This document shows positions 1-10,467 of a DNA stretch of 64,000 nt, piece after piece. The position numbers were made by a program, and so were the translations under genes. The DNA comes from Prasinococcaceae sp. CCMP 1430 (taxonomy: Eukaryota > Plantae > Prasinodermophyta), in NCBI GenBank assembly GCA_013416795.1, contig RQSC01000032.1, positions 517,704-581,703 of the forward strand, written 5' to 3'. Numbering within the stretch: the first letter of the stretch is position 1; each line of letters opens with the position of its first letter. Under the pieces are notes generated by a model. It did no database searches. It had not been told where the DNA came from and saw only the letters and a program-made list of their open reading frames with translations.

Positions 1-646
1 GGAGGGGGCGAGGGGGACGCGGCGGATGGCGCGCGTGGCGAGGGAGAAAGGGGATTCGCGACCGCGGAGGGCGCGCGCCCGCGCCCCGTGGCGGCCACGC
101 CGCGCGCGCGCGCGCCCATGGCGCAGCCGTGGCGCTCCGCGCAGACCTTTTTTTTTCGGACCGGCCCGGCTTTTTTTTTTTCTGCGCACAGCAGCATGCA
201 GTCCACGCCACCGGCGTGTGCGCTGGCGCCCGGCGCGCCTGTCATCGCGACACTGGCTGGCCGCGCGCGCCGCCCGCGCGGAGGCGAGACAGAGGGAGAT
301 GGCACGCACATCGGATGCGCACCGCAACCTCCCCCGCTCCCGCTCCCGAATCCTTTGAGCTCGCACCCCCGCCTGCACCGCGCCGCGCCGCGCTGCGCAG
401 CAGGACGTCCAAGCGCGGGCCTGCTCCTGCGTCATGCGCGCGGACGTGCGTGCCGAGAAGGCCTGCAACTGCTGACCATTACCCCTCGCGCGCACGCAAA
501 CACACACACACACACACATCCTCTCCCTGCATCTCGGCTGACCTCCGCTCGTTGTCGACTCCTCCCCCCTCCCTGGTTCGCGCAGTCGATCACACAGCAA
601 CAAAGGAAAGGAAAGACACACACAGCAGCAGCACAGCAGCCGCAAC

Positions 647-2431
647 ATGGGTCGCGCCTGGTGGCCAGAGGAGGAGGAGGCGCTGCGCTCGGCGGTGCAG
701 CGCTACGGAGTGGGCGCATGGGAGGCGATGCGCAAGGACGAGGAGTACAAGCACCTGCTGGGCTACCGCAGCGGCATGCAGCTCAAGGACAAGTGGCGCA
801 ACCTGATCAAGTTCGGCCACCTGCCGGTGCGCGAGATCCTCGCCGCTCCCAAGCGGCCGGTGATCCCGTCCGCACAGGTGGCTGACAAGGCCGACAAGCC
901 GAACGCGGGCCGATCGCGCTCGCGCAGCAGCGGGTCGAGCGGCTCGCGCCGCCGGACGACGGGCGCGCAGCAGCAGCAGCAGACCTCGTCGGACTCGTCG
1001 CTGCTCGCGGGCCCGCGCGCGGACGCCGAGACGCAGCAGCAGCGCAGCCGCTCGCGCTCGGGCGGGGCGCGCAAGAGCAACTCGAGGGCCGCGCCGACCA
1101 ACCAGCGCCAGCGCGTGCCGCCGAAGCGCCTGGGCGACTCGCCCGAGGCGAGCCTGGCCGGCAGCGGCGGCAGCGTGGCGCACCAGGCCGACAGCGCGGC
1201 TGGCGCGGCCGCCCGGCAAGCGTCCATCGACGCCTCCTCCGGCGCCAGCCCGTTCCTGCCCGGGCCCAACCCCTACAACAAGCCCATCGCGGGGCCGTTC
1301 CAGCACGTGCAGGAGTCGTGCGAGTCGGCCAGGGCGGCGCTCGAGCAGGCGCTCCAAGACCTGGGCGTCATCGGCTACAAGGGGGGCCTCAACATCGAGG
1401 AGATTCGCGAACAGTTCGGCGGCACGGCCGCGGCCGCCATCCAGGCGCACCAGAAGCGCCTCATGGAGGGCAAGGCGCCGCTGCCGCCGCCGGTGAAGCG
1501 GCGCGCGTCGGGCAAGCGCAAGTCGCGCGCGCGGCCCATGGAGGTCCCCACGGGCTACAAGAAGGGCATCCGCTCCGCCGGCATGCGCAAGCCGCGTAAG
1601 TCGCCCTGGCCCCTCGTGGTGCCGGCCGAGGACGGCAAGCTGATGAGGGAGACCTTCACGGGCGAGCCCGCGGAGGTGCTGGAGCGGCCGGCCAAGCGGC
1701 GGTACCTGGGGAGTGGGGCGGACGGCGCGGATCGCGAAACCACCGACTCGCTGAGCCCGACCGAGGCCTTCGAGGCGCGCGTCGAAGCGCTGGGCATGGG
1801 CGAGGGCGCGTACAACCACAGCGACAGCTTGAGCCTGGACGACTACGTGACCGATGGCAGCCTCTCCGAGGACGGCGGCAGCGTGGGCGCGGACCGCTCC
1901 GTCGACGAGGTGATGGAAAAGTTCGGCGAGGGAGTCCACGGCGGCATGGCGTTCGGCGGCGCGGGCTTTGCGACCGGCGGGGGCGTGCCCGCGTTCCACA
2001 TGCCCGCTGCCGGCCCGCCGCCCGAGCTGCTCAACCACATGCAGTACGTCATGCGCACGGGCCCCGTGGCCGACGCGCTCGGGCCCATGCACAACTCGAC
2101 GATGGCCCAGCAGCCGCAGCAGCTCCTCAAGAACACGGCGCTCAACATGGCGTCCAACATGGTGCCCACCGGCGGCGTGACGTGCGACCTTCTCGCGACG
2201 GCGCTCACCATGGGAACGCCCGACGGCATGCCCATGCACGGCGACGAGCTGTCGCCGCTGAACGGATCCAACTGCGACACCGACGCCGGCCACAGCCTGA
2301 TCGACGGGGAGATCTCCCTCATCGCGGGTCACGACGCCGGCGGGCTGATGGCCGACGCGCTGGGTGGCGGGCTGATGACCGACGCGGGCCCGTGCATCAT
2401 GATGCCCGCGCCCATGCCGATGGCGCGGTGA
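647..2431 (+). CDS. Telomere-repeat-binding (telobox) single-Myb domain protein, TRB/TRFL-like
   Basis: The N-terminal Myb repeat W..EEEEAL..AVQRYGVGAW..M......LL..RS..QLKDKWRNL contains the telobox LKDKWRN signature; the rest is low-complexity. Probable 5'UTR intron at 446-585 (GTGCGT...GCTGAC...CGCAG). Confidence 0.85.
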   Translation: MGRAWWPEEEEALRSAVQRYGVGAWEAMRKDEEYKHLLGYRSGMQLKDKWRNLIKFGHLPVREILAAPKRPVIPSAQVADKADKPNAGRSRSRSSGSSGSRRRTTGAQQQQQTSSDSSLLAGPRADAETQQQRSRSRSGGARKSNSRAAPTNQRQRVPPKRLGDSPEASLAGSGGSVAHQADSAAGAAARQASIDASSGASPFLPGPNPYNKPIAGPFQHVQESCESARAALEQALQDLGVIGYKGGLNIEEIREQFGGTAAAAIQAHQKRLMEGKAPLPPPVKRRASGKRKSRARPMEVPTGYKKGIRSAGMRKPRKSPWPLVVPAEDGKLMRETFTGEPAEVLERPAKRRYLGSGADGADRETTDSLSPTEAFEARVEALGMGEGAYNHSDSLSLDDYVTDGSLSEDGGSVGADRSVDEVMEKFGEGVHGGMAFGGAGFATGGGVPAFHMPAAGPPPELLNHMQYVMRTGPVADALGPMHNSTMAQQPQQLLKNTALNMASNMVPTGGVTCDLLATALTMGTPDGMPMHGDELSPLNGSNCDTDAGHSLIDGEISLIAGHDAGGLMADALGGGLMTDAGPCIMMPAPMPMAR

Positions 2432-3014
2432 TGCGGGCAGGCTTCGCGTGCGTTTTTTGGTCGTTGGGCCTGGCGAGCGGCGGCGGTTGAGAGGAAAGCG
2501 TGGGTTGGACGGAAGGATGGCAACACAAACGTGCATGCAAACGCTCATGCCGGGCCATCAGTGGCTGTGTCGCACGCGCGCACGGGCGACACGCACAAAC
2601 TTCTGGTGCGGGGTGTTGGAAAGGATTTTGAGGCAGGCGGGGAGGAATCGGGGCTTTTGGCGTAGACACAAGCACACAAAAACTGAAACGTGGAACAAAC
2701 ATGGAACAACAAACAGGCTCGCTGCGGCGGGCCGCGCATGACACACCGAGCAAGCGGGCGCGGGGGAGGGGCGGGACACAGCCGCGGCGGCGAGTATTGT
2801 CCGCGCTGCCGCGCGACCCTGCGCCCTGCTCGACCGCAAGCAGCGGATGATGTTCAAGCTCGCGTGATGGAGCATGACATTTCCATTCTTTAGCGAACCA
2901 GGAGAGCACACACACGTACCTCGCCCGCGCGCACGCGCGGGACTGCGACAGCGCGGTGCGCGGGGATGATGTACACAGACATTTTACACATGCCGAGACT
3001 CCGACGCGCGAAGC

Positions 3015-5715
3015 TCAGCCCCGCGCAGCCTTGACGAGGACGCAGCACCAGTTTCCTTTGTCGTAGAATGCTCGCTCGACGCCCATGCCGCAGTCGGCCG
3101 CCCGTACGATGCCTTCGAGCTCGCCCTCCTCGAATGCGTGGTAGTAGCGGTCGAACACGATCGAATTCTTGGAGTCTTCCATGTAGCCGGGCGCGCCGCC
3201 CCCAGGCTGCGACACGGCGTTCAGGGCGCCGCGCGCCTCGGGTCGATGGAAGGGCACGTGCCACGGCACGAGGACATCGCGTCCCTTCAGGTCCTGCGCG
3301 GTGCCCTCAGAGCCTGCGTTGGGAGCGGCGCCAACGCTTGCGTTGCCATCGTAGGCGCCGCCCCCGCCGCTGCGAAGGCCGCCGTCGCCATCTCTTGCAG
3401 GCCCCGCATCGCACGCGACGTTCGCCTCGAGCGCCTTCCAGTCCTTGCTCGCGGCGGAGAGATCCCCTGCGCTTTGCTGCGAGGCCCAAACGGTGACGAG
3501 CGCTCGTCCTCCAGGACGCAGCAGGCGCGCTATCTGTGGGGGCTCGCGCGCGCCGAGAGTGCCGCGTTAGCTCGCCGGCGCAGGCGCCCGCCCGGGCGCG
3601 CATGAGGGCGCACGCGCACGCACCTCGACAATCGCCGCCGCGCGCCTTGCCGTCGTGCTCAGGTGGTGGAGCACCGCTATGGAAATGGCGGCATCGAAAA
3701 CGCCCGACCTCAGCGGCACCCCCAAGGCGTCCGCCACGACCACCTCCAGGCTTCTCCGGGCAGCGATGGCACAGAGCTGCGCGCTCGAGTCCATGCCAAT
3801 CGCGCGGTAGGCGCCACCAGGCGAGCCCAGGTACTTGCCGTTGCCTGCGCCAACGTCTGCTACCAGCGAGTGCTGCTCGAGCGTCTCAAGGAAGGCGGTG
3901 ACTTGCGGCCAGCGCACGTAGCGCGTGGCGGAAAAGTGGCCCGCGATCGCATCGTAGACCTGACGCACGTGCGCAAGCTCGATGGGCGGAGGCGCAGCAC
4001 TCGCGATTTCGGCACGTGCCGCGCCGTCATCGCGCGGCATCGGCGGAAGCGGCAGCGAGGTCGGCGGGCAAGAGTCCGCTGACGTGCTCGTGCCGTCGCT
4101 GCTGCGCGCGCTCATTCGCGAGAGCGCGCGCGCGGCCGTTGCCGCGGCCTCCTCCGCGCGGGCGCGCTCCTCGGCATCCCTTCGCGCGCGCTCCTCCGCA
4201 CGGCGCGCGGCAGCTGCGCGCTTTCGCGCAGCCTTCCGCACCGCGCGGCGTTCCGACGCGCTCAGATTGCTGCTGTCCGCGCCGTACGTCACATCTGCGT
4301 CCTCTGCGTCCCTCTCGGGCGCAGCAGGAAGGCCCGCGGGCCGGGCGGGCGTGCCGCCCGCAGACGCGGCGGCGGCGCGCGCGGCACCGGTCGGGGCGCC
4401 GCACGGTGCACTTCGCGCTCCTGTTATCCCCACTGTGTTCTCGGTCACCCCTGGCGCGTCGGGCTCGCCCGCCTGCGAGTCGCACATGCTGGGCCAAGCG
4501 CACGCGCAGCACCGCCCTGTCCGCACGCGGCGAAAGGTGATGCTCGTGCGCGTGCTGCGCGCGAGCGATTCGGCGCCAACCAGATCGTACTTGCGGTGGG
4601 GAATGTAGTGATGCCAGCCGTACCGTCCCTCACCGCACATGACCACCAGCGAGCGCCGCCGCAGTCGCAAGCGGCGAACGTCGCCGCTGTGGCTGTCCCC
4701 GCCGACAGCGCCGGCCGCCGGCCGCCTGAACTCCATCACCGCGTCCGAGCCGCAGCTGAGGCTCAGCACTGGCGCGTGGAAACTCGAGTGCGTGTCCACG
4801 TGCGGTGAGATCCCCGCACCGGGAGGGTACTCGTTAGCGGTCACCTGATCGAAGCGAGGATCGCGCACGCCCTCGGCGGCGAGGGCGCTCACGCACTGTG
4901 GCAGAGCGGCGAATCGCTCCGCCAGCGGCGCGAGAAACGGGGGCAGGGATGAGCGCTCACCGCTCTCATCATTCGCATCGAGGACGTGCAAGTGGGATTC
5001 CGCGCCGCCTACGCCACTTTCGCTCCCGGCGCCGGCTGTCTCACCGCTGCCCTCCGTGCTGTCGGCGCCACGGTTCGACACTGAGCGCGTCTCGTAATCG
5101 AAGCGGTGGCCAAAGTGGATGACGCGCCGTCGAGCGAGCACCTGCCAGCGGTCACGTGGCTCAGTGGCCAGCGCGGCGAGCAGTCGCGCCTCCTCCTCCT
5201 CGCTGATCGCGTCGCGGAGCATTGTGACGCCCGGCACGTTGAGCTCCTCGGCCGTCTCGCACACGGCTGAGAAAGGTGGCGGCGCAGGCGGTGGCAGCGA
5301 CACCGCCTCAGCGTACCGCACCGTACGGCCGGCAGCGGCGGGGAGCGAGCCGACGTTGCCCGAGCGAAGCTCGCCCAGAGCACGGGCGGCGCACTCCCTG
5401 CGAGGACGCGCGTGCGTCGGACCGGACGCCGTCGCGTTAGCACACTTGTCAGTGATGGCATGCCTGGCCCCGCGCTTGCGCCGCGCGCGCCGCGCACCTG
5501 TCCGGCAGTGAGACGAATACGACCGTATTGTTCGCAAATGGCCGTTGCGTGGCGATGAGCTGCTCGTCTATGCCTGCCGCGTCCGCCACCGCCGCGACCA
5601 CCGCCGAATCCTCAACGCCAGCCACAGAGGCGACGAACAGATGCGCTGTCGGCGCGCTCGGATCCGCGGGCTTGCGGAACGCTGCCGTGCGGTGCGGTGG
5701 CGGGGCGGCCGCCAT
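3015..5715 (-). CDS. ALKBH8: tRNA wobble-uridine modifying enzyme ALKBH8 (RRM-like + AlkB dioxygenase + Zn-binding motif + Trm9 methyltransferase)
   Basis: Exons 5715-5498, 5397-3624 and 3533-3015 join in frame. Motifs: VTANEYPPGAGISPHVDTH (HxD), RYGWHHYI, RTSITFR, CACAWPSMCDSQ, VYDAIAGHFSATR, DVGAGNGKY, ISIAVLHHL, VPWH and RYYHAFEEGEL. Confidence 0.92.
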
Positions 5716-6093
5716 CCCCTCGCGCGTGGCGCTCGCCCGAGGCGCGCCACGCGCGAGCGCCGTGGGCGAACGCCCACTCGCCGCCCCACCGCCGCAGGCG
5801 ACGCTGCAGAGACCGCGCGCATGCAGTGTGGCGCAGGGGGGCTCGGACTCGACGCGCTTCACAGCCGCCGCCGCCGCCGCCGCCGCTGCCACCGCCGCCG
5901 CTTTTTTTTGTCACAATTTAGTCCCCATTTGTTACAACAAATAAAAATCTCCGCCAACGCGCGGCAGCGCACGCGCCCTGTGCGCCCCTCTCCTCTCTGT
6001 GCGGGAGTGTTTGTGTGCGCGCGCGCGTGCGCGCGCGCGCCTCCCCTAGCTGATAGCTAGAACGCCATGCATGACCATCGTCGCTGCGCGTGT

Positions 6094-7122
6094 TTAGTTG
6101 GAAACCATCGAGTTTGCCTCGCTGACGAAGCCGTCGCCGGTCCACGACTTGTCGTTGGCAATGCCGACCTTGGCGTTTGCCTTCTTGGCCGCGACGGCAG
6201 CGCGCTGCTTGGCCACGAGGTCGGTGTGGGTGGTAAAATACTCAAGCGAGTGGCCGCGGAAGTCGTCGAGAGTCTTGAAGTCGTGCTCCTCCATGAAGTC
6301 CTGGAGCTCCGAGCACAGCTTCTTCACCAGTGGGTAGCCGTGGAGCATGACGCCTGTGCACACTTGCACGGTGTCGGCGCCGAGGAGGAGGAATTCCGCG
6401 GCGTCCTCGCCGGTCTCGACACCGCCGATGCCCGACAGCGACTTGCCCGGAAACTCGTCGCGGATCATCTGGGCGATGGACATCACACGTGCGAGCGCAA
6501 TGGGCTTCACCGCGCGACTCGAGTATCCGCCCGGTGTCGAGTAGCCCTGCACGTTGGGCTCGGGGCGCAGGCTCTTGAGGTTGACGCCCATCACCGACTG
6601 GATGGTGTTGATGGCAGCAATGCCATCCGAACCCTGAGCGAGACAGGTGCGGCTGGGCACGGTGATGTCGGTGATGTTCGGGGTCATCTTCGACCACACC
6701 GGCTTGGTGGCGGCCTCGCTGATCCAGCCGCTGACGTCGTGCAGCACCTCGCAGTCCTGGCCCATGGCAGCGCCCATCTTGCGCTCGGGCATGCCATGTG
6801 GGCACGAAAAATTGATCTCGAAGGCGTCGACGCCGACCTCCTCGCAGCGGCCGATGATCTCCTCCCAGGCTCCGCGGTTGTACTCTTCCATGATGGAAGC
6901 GATGAGCACGCGATCGGGGTACTCCTCCTTGAGCTGCTTCAGCTCGGCGAGCATTGTCTCGAAGGGTCGGTCCGACACGAGCTCGATGTTCTCGAAGCCA
7001 ATCACCTCTTTGAACGAGGACTTGGAGCGCATCTTGGCGTAGCGCGGGGTCACGTTGACCACCTTGGACGCGTCAAGCGACAGCGTCTTGCAGATAACGC
7101 CGCCCCAGCCCTCGTCGAAGGC
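6094..7122 (-). CDS. PYD1: Dihydropyrimidine dehydrogenase (plant PYD1/PreA type); main exon only, 5' exon(s) not located
   Basis: Motifs AFDEGWGGVICKT, ENIELVSDR, EINFSCPHGMPERKMGAAMGQ, KMTPNITDI, GGYSSRAVKPIAL and VQVCTGVM. Splice acceptor at 7123. Confidence 0.92.
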   Translation of the reverse strand, partial: AFDEGWGGVICKTLSLDASKVVNVTPRYAKMRSKSSFKEVIGFENIELVSDRPFETMLAELKQLKEEYPDRVLIASIMEEYNRGAWEEIIGRCEEVGVDAFEINFSCPHGMPERKMGAAMGQDCEVLHDVSGWISEAATKPVWSKMTPNITDITVPSRTCLAQGSDGIAAINTIQSVMGVNLKSLRPEPNVQGYSTPGGYSSRAVKPIALARVMSIAQMIRDEFPGKSLSGIGGVETGEDAAEFLLLGADTVQVCTGVMLHGYPLVKKLCSELQDFMEEHDFKTLDDFRGHSLEYFTTHTDLVAKQRAAVAAKKANAKVGIANDKSWTGDGFVSEANSMVSN

Positions 7123-8221
7123 CTGCGCGTCGTCGAGGCGCGGCGTCCACACGCACGGTGGTCACGTCACCGGCCCGCGGCACGCGAGCATCCGGCGCGA
7201 TACGTGCGGGGGGTCAGCGTGCGCGGGAGAAGCGCGCAACGTGGCCACGGCGCGCGCGCAAGCGCCCGCCAGCGCGGGAGACCGAGCGAGCATTTGTTCG
7301 TGCCAGCGACGAAGCACTTGGAGCCCGGCCGGCAGTTCCGCGGCGGGCCGCGCGCGCGAGGCGGCGGCGGCCATCGTCTTCCCGGGGGGGAGCGCGCTGC
7401 ACGCAGCAGGAATCGGAAGGGCGGGCAACGCCGCGCTGGCAGAGAGAGCGTGGCGTGAGGGGAGGGATCCGTGAGGGAAGCGGGCGCTGTGGCGCGGCGC
7501 CCCCTGCTCCGTCCCTCCCCCCCTCCCGTGGCAGCGCAGCGCGCTGCCGCTGAGAATCGCCCGCGCGCCGCGACCGGGCGGCGGGGGAGAAAAAAAACTC
7601 CGCGGCGCGCGCGCCAACCGCGCGCGCGTCGCGTGTCGTTTGCCACTCCTCGCCCGCGCGACTTTCCGGACGCGCGCGCATTTTCGCGTGCGCCCCCCCG
7701 CGGATTAGAACGCCGCGCGAGGGCCGCTCCCGCGCAGCGCGCGCGCGCGCGCCCGCTCGGCGTGCGTGTGGGGGGGCAGGTCAAAACGCATTGCGGGTGG
7801 GGGATCGGATCCGGATCCCCCTCTGCCCCCCGCGCGCGACCGGCCGTTTTCCCGCGCCACGCGCGCGCGCCCGTGGATTCGCCGCGATTTTGGGGGGATT
7901 TTGATGGGGGACGGCGCACGAGCGCGCGCGAGGCGGCGCGCGCGCGAACGCCGCGTGATCGAAAGGGTAGGATTCGCATGTGAGTATCATTTTTGCCCAC
8001 GGGAGACGTGGTGGTGCGGCGTTGCGCGAATTGCGAGGGCCGTGGCGCGAATTGCCACCGGTCGCCCCGCGGCCACAACGATCTCGGTGCCCCACACGTT
8101 GGGTCTGACGCTGCTCCGCGATGGCGAGCGCGCTTCACACGGGCGGGTGGCGGGTCGGTGGAGGCACTTACCGTGGCCGCACGCGGCGCAGCTCAGGGCT
8201 TCAGAGAGGCCGCGCAGCTCC

Positions 8222-9730
8222 CTACTTTGGCAAGTGCCGGCCGGGGCGCGGTACCGAGCGATCTGGTCGGCTCTGTTCGAAGAAGCTCTTCACCACGTAC
8301 ACCTGCGCGAGGCCCGAGATGAGCACCACGAGAAACTTCATGAGCGCGAGGTACTCAACGCGCATGTCGGTCGAATGGAGCGTCAGGAGGTGGCGCTTGT
8401 CGCGCTTCTCGAAGAACTTCTGCTCGGTGCGCAGCTTCACCACCATCTCGTTCACACGCTGCACGCACGAGCGCGAGTGCGTCAGCGCCGCGCTGCGCCG
8501 CGCCGCGAGGGGCGCATGCTGAGGAGTAGACCCCCAAAAGACGCGCACATGACCGCCGCGAACGCATCAGCGCGCTCTTGTTCAGTCACGCGCGTGCGCA
8601 CCTTGAGCTCCTCCGCAAACTCCTCCAAGATCTCCCCAGTGACGGCCTGGTCCTTCGAGGCCATCTCGGTCGACTTGAGCTCCGTGTTGACGCCGCGCAC
8701 AGGCGAGTCCACGCCATCAATGCGCCCAAGGACCCCGGCATCCTTGCCATCACCGGCACCACCGGCTGCCTCCTCGACCTTGCCCTTGGCGCCTCTCTTA
8801 CCTCGGCGCCTGTTCTTGAACGTGGATCTGGCCGTCGACTGCGCGCAGCGCAGGAGGAGCGGTCCCGTTCACGGCCCGACGAGCGTGTGAGTGACGCCGG
8901 TGGGCGACGCGGCGACCGCATCAGCATTGTGTCAGCATGCTGTCCTCGCGCGGTCCCGTGCGGTCGCGTCGCCACGCCTGAACACCTACCAACGCGCCCG
9001 CAGCGCGTCTTTCCAACCCTCCTACCACACAACCCGCCAGCCCTCCCCCCGCACGCCCCCCCCCGCACGCACGCACAGCACTCAGTCGCGGCGAACCCAC
9101 CTTTTTGGAGGTCACCAGTGCATCCGGATTGCGGCGCGCTTCGAGGTAGTGCAGGTCGACGAGCACAGGGAGGAACTTGCCGCGCGTGCGCGAGAGGAGC
9201 GCCGCGTAGAAGCACAGCTCGTACTCGCCCTTGCCGTTCGTCGGCAAGCTCACCACATCCTCGTCGCGCGTGGCCGTGTACAACATCGCTCCCTTCTCGC
9301 TCTTGTTTTTGTTCGCGAACCAGCCCCTCCGCTGGCCATCCTCGCCGCGCGGGGCGGAAAGCTCCACGCGCACCCGCTCGTCGCCGTCGGCAGTGCCCTC
9401 CCACTTGGCCGTCGGCGTCAATGCGGTGTCGGCGATGTGCTGCGCCGCACCGTTGGGCACGACCTCGTAGGCAAAGTCGAGCGAGTCGCCCTTGCTGGCG
9501 GAGATCCTGAGGCATTCGGGAGACTCGGGCGTCACGAATACCCGAAGCGCAGCCGCCGGCCGCGCGGCGCACAGCGCGGCCGCCGCGATCGCGAGCACCG
9601 CTGCCTTGGCTGCGTGTGCGCGCCCCGATCGGCCGCGGCCGCCTCGCCGCGCGCGCAGCGGGAGGCGCCCCTCCGGAGCGGCCCGCGGGGCGCACGACGC
9701 GTGCGCGCGGTCCTCTGGCACCCTTTCCAC
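8222..9730 (-). CDS. p24/emp24/TMED GOLD-domain cargo receptor (start approximate)
   Basis: Signal-like hydrophobic stretch, GOLD Cys pair (ECL...GEYELCF), a coiled-coil (EQKFFEKRDKRH) and a C-terminal TM ending QVYVVKSFF. Introns 9100-8839 and 8601-8459 join in frame. Confidence 0.8.
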
Positions 9731-10467
9731 CTAGCGTGCGTCCAGCCTCCCCGACGGCACCCTCAGCACGCGGGCGCGGCGGCGAGGGCGAGTGAGCGGC
9801 ACGCCGAGGCATGGCTCATCCCTGCTGTCGCCACACCACCCCGAGCTTGCCTTGAATTTGATCACTGTCTGGGGCGTTCCCCGTCCGCCCGCCCTCGTCG
9901 AGCACTAGCTAGGGTTGTCTGTGCGGTCACGGCCGGAAAGTCCACGGCACACGTACAGGACACCATCATGAAGGAACAGTGCAGTGCTGATGGTACTGCC
10001 CACCTGTGCGAGGCCCTCACACATTTAGGGCAAATTTCGACCCCGAACCGGGTGAAGGACGAAGGATTCGATTCGCGCATATCCAGTCATCATCCGCTCC
10101 TCGTTTTGTGAACCCTGAATCTACGGTCAAGTCCGTTACAGGCGATTGCCAACCGACCTCGGAGTTCCCCGACTGGCGCGTCTCGAGCGCGTCTCGAGCG
10201 ACCGCGGGCGAGAGCGCTCGGGTGGGGCGGGCGAGGGACCCCCTCCCTCAGCCCCTCTAGAGCGTGTGGTTGCGCGCACGGGCGGAGTGTGCAGGCAGGG
10301 GAGTGGGAGGAGGCACGTGAGAGCGCGTGCCACTCGGCCCCGGGGCGGGGCGCGCGCCTGGGCGCGCGCCCGGGGAGGGGGGGGGGGGAGGAGGCCCCGG
10401 CGCCGGCCGGTGGACGAACAGGCACGGCGCGTTCGCGCGGGCGGGTGGACAGAAAGGCCACGCGGCC

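Noticed and set aside
9934-9950. GGAAAGTCC resembling the RNase P/MRP RNA CR-I motif (also at ~15000)
   Set aside because: No matching 3' P4 strand (CR-V) or GARAR loop was found downstream.
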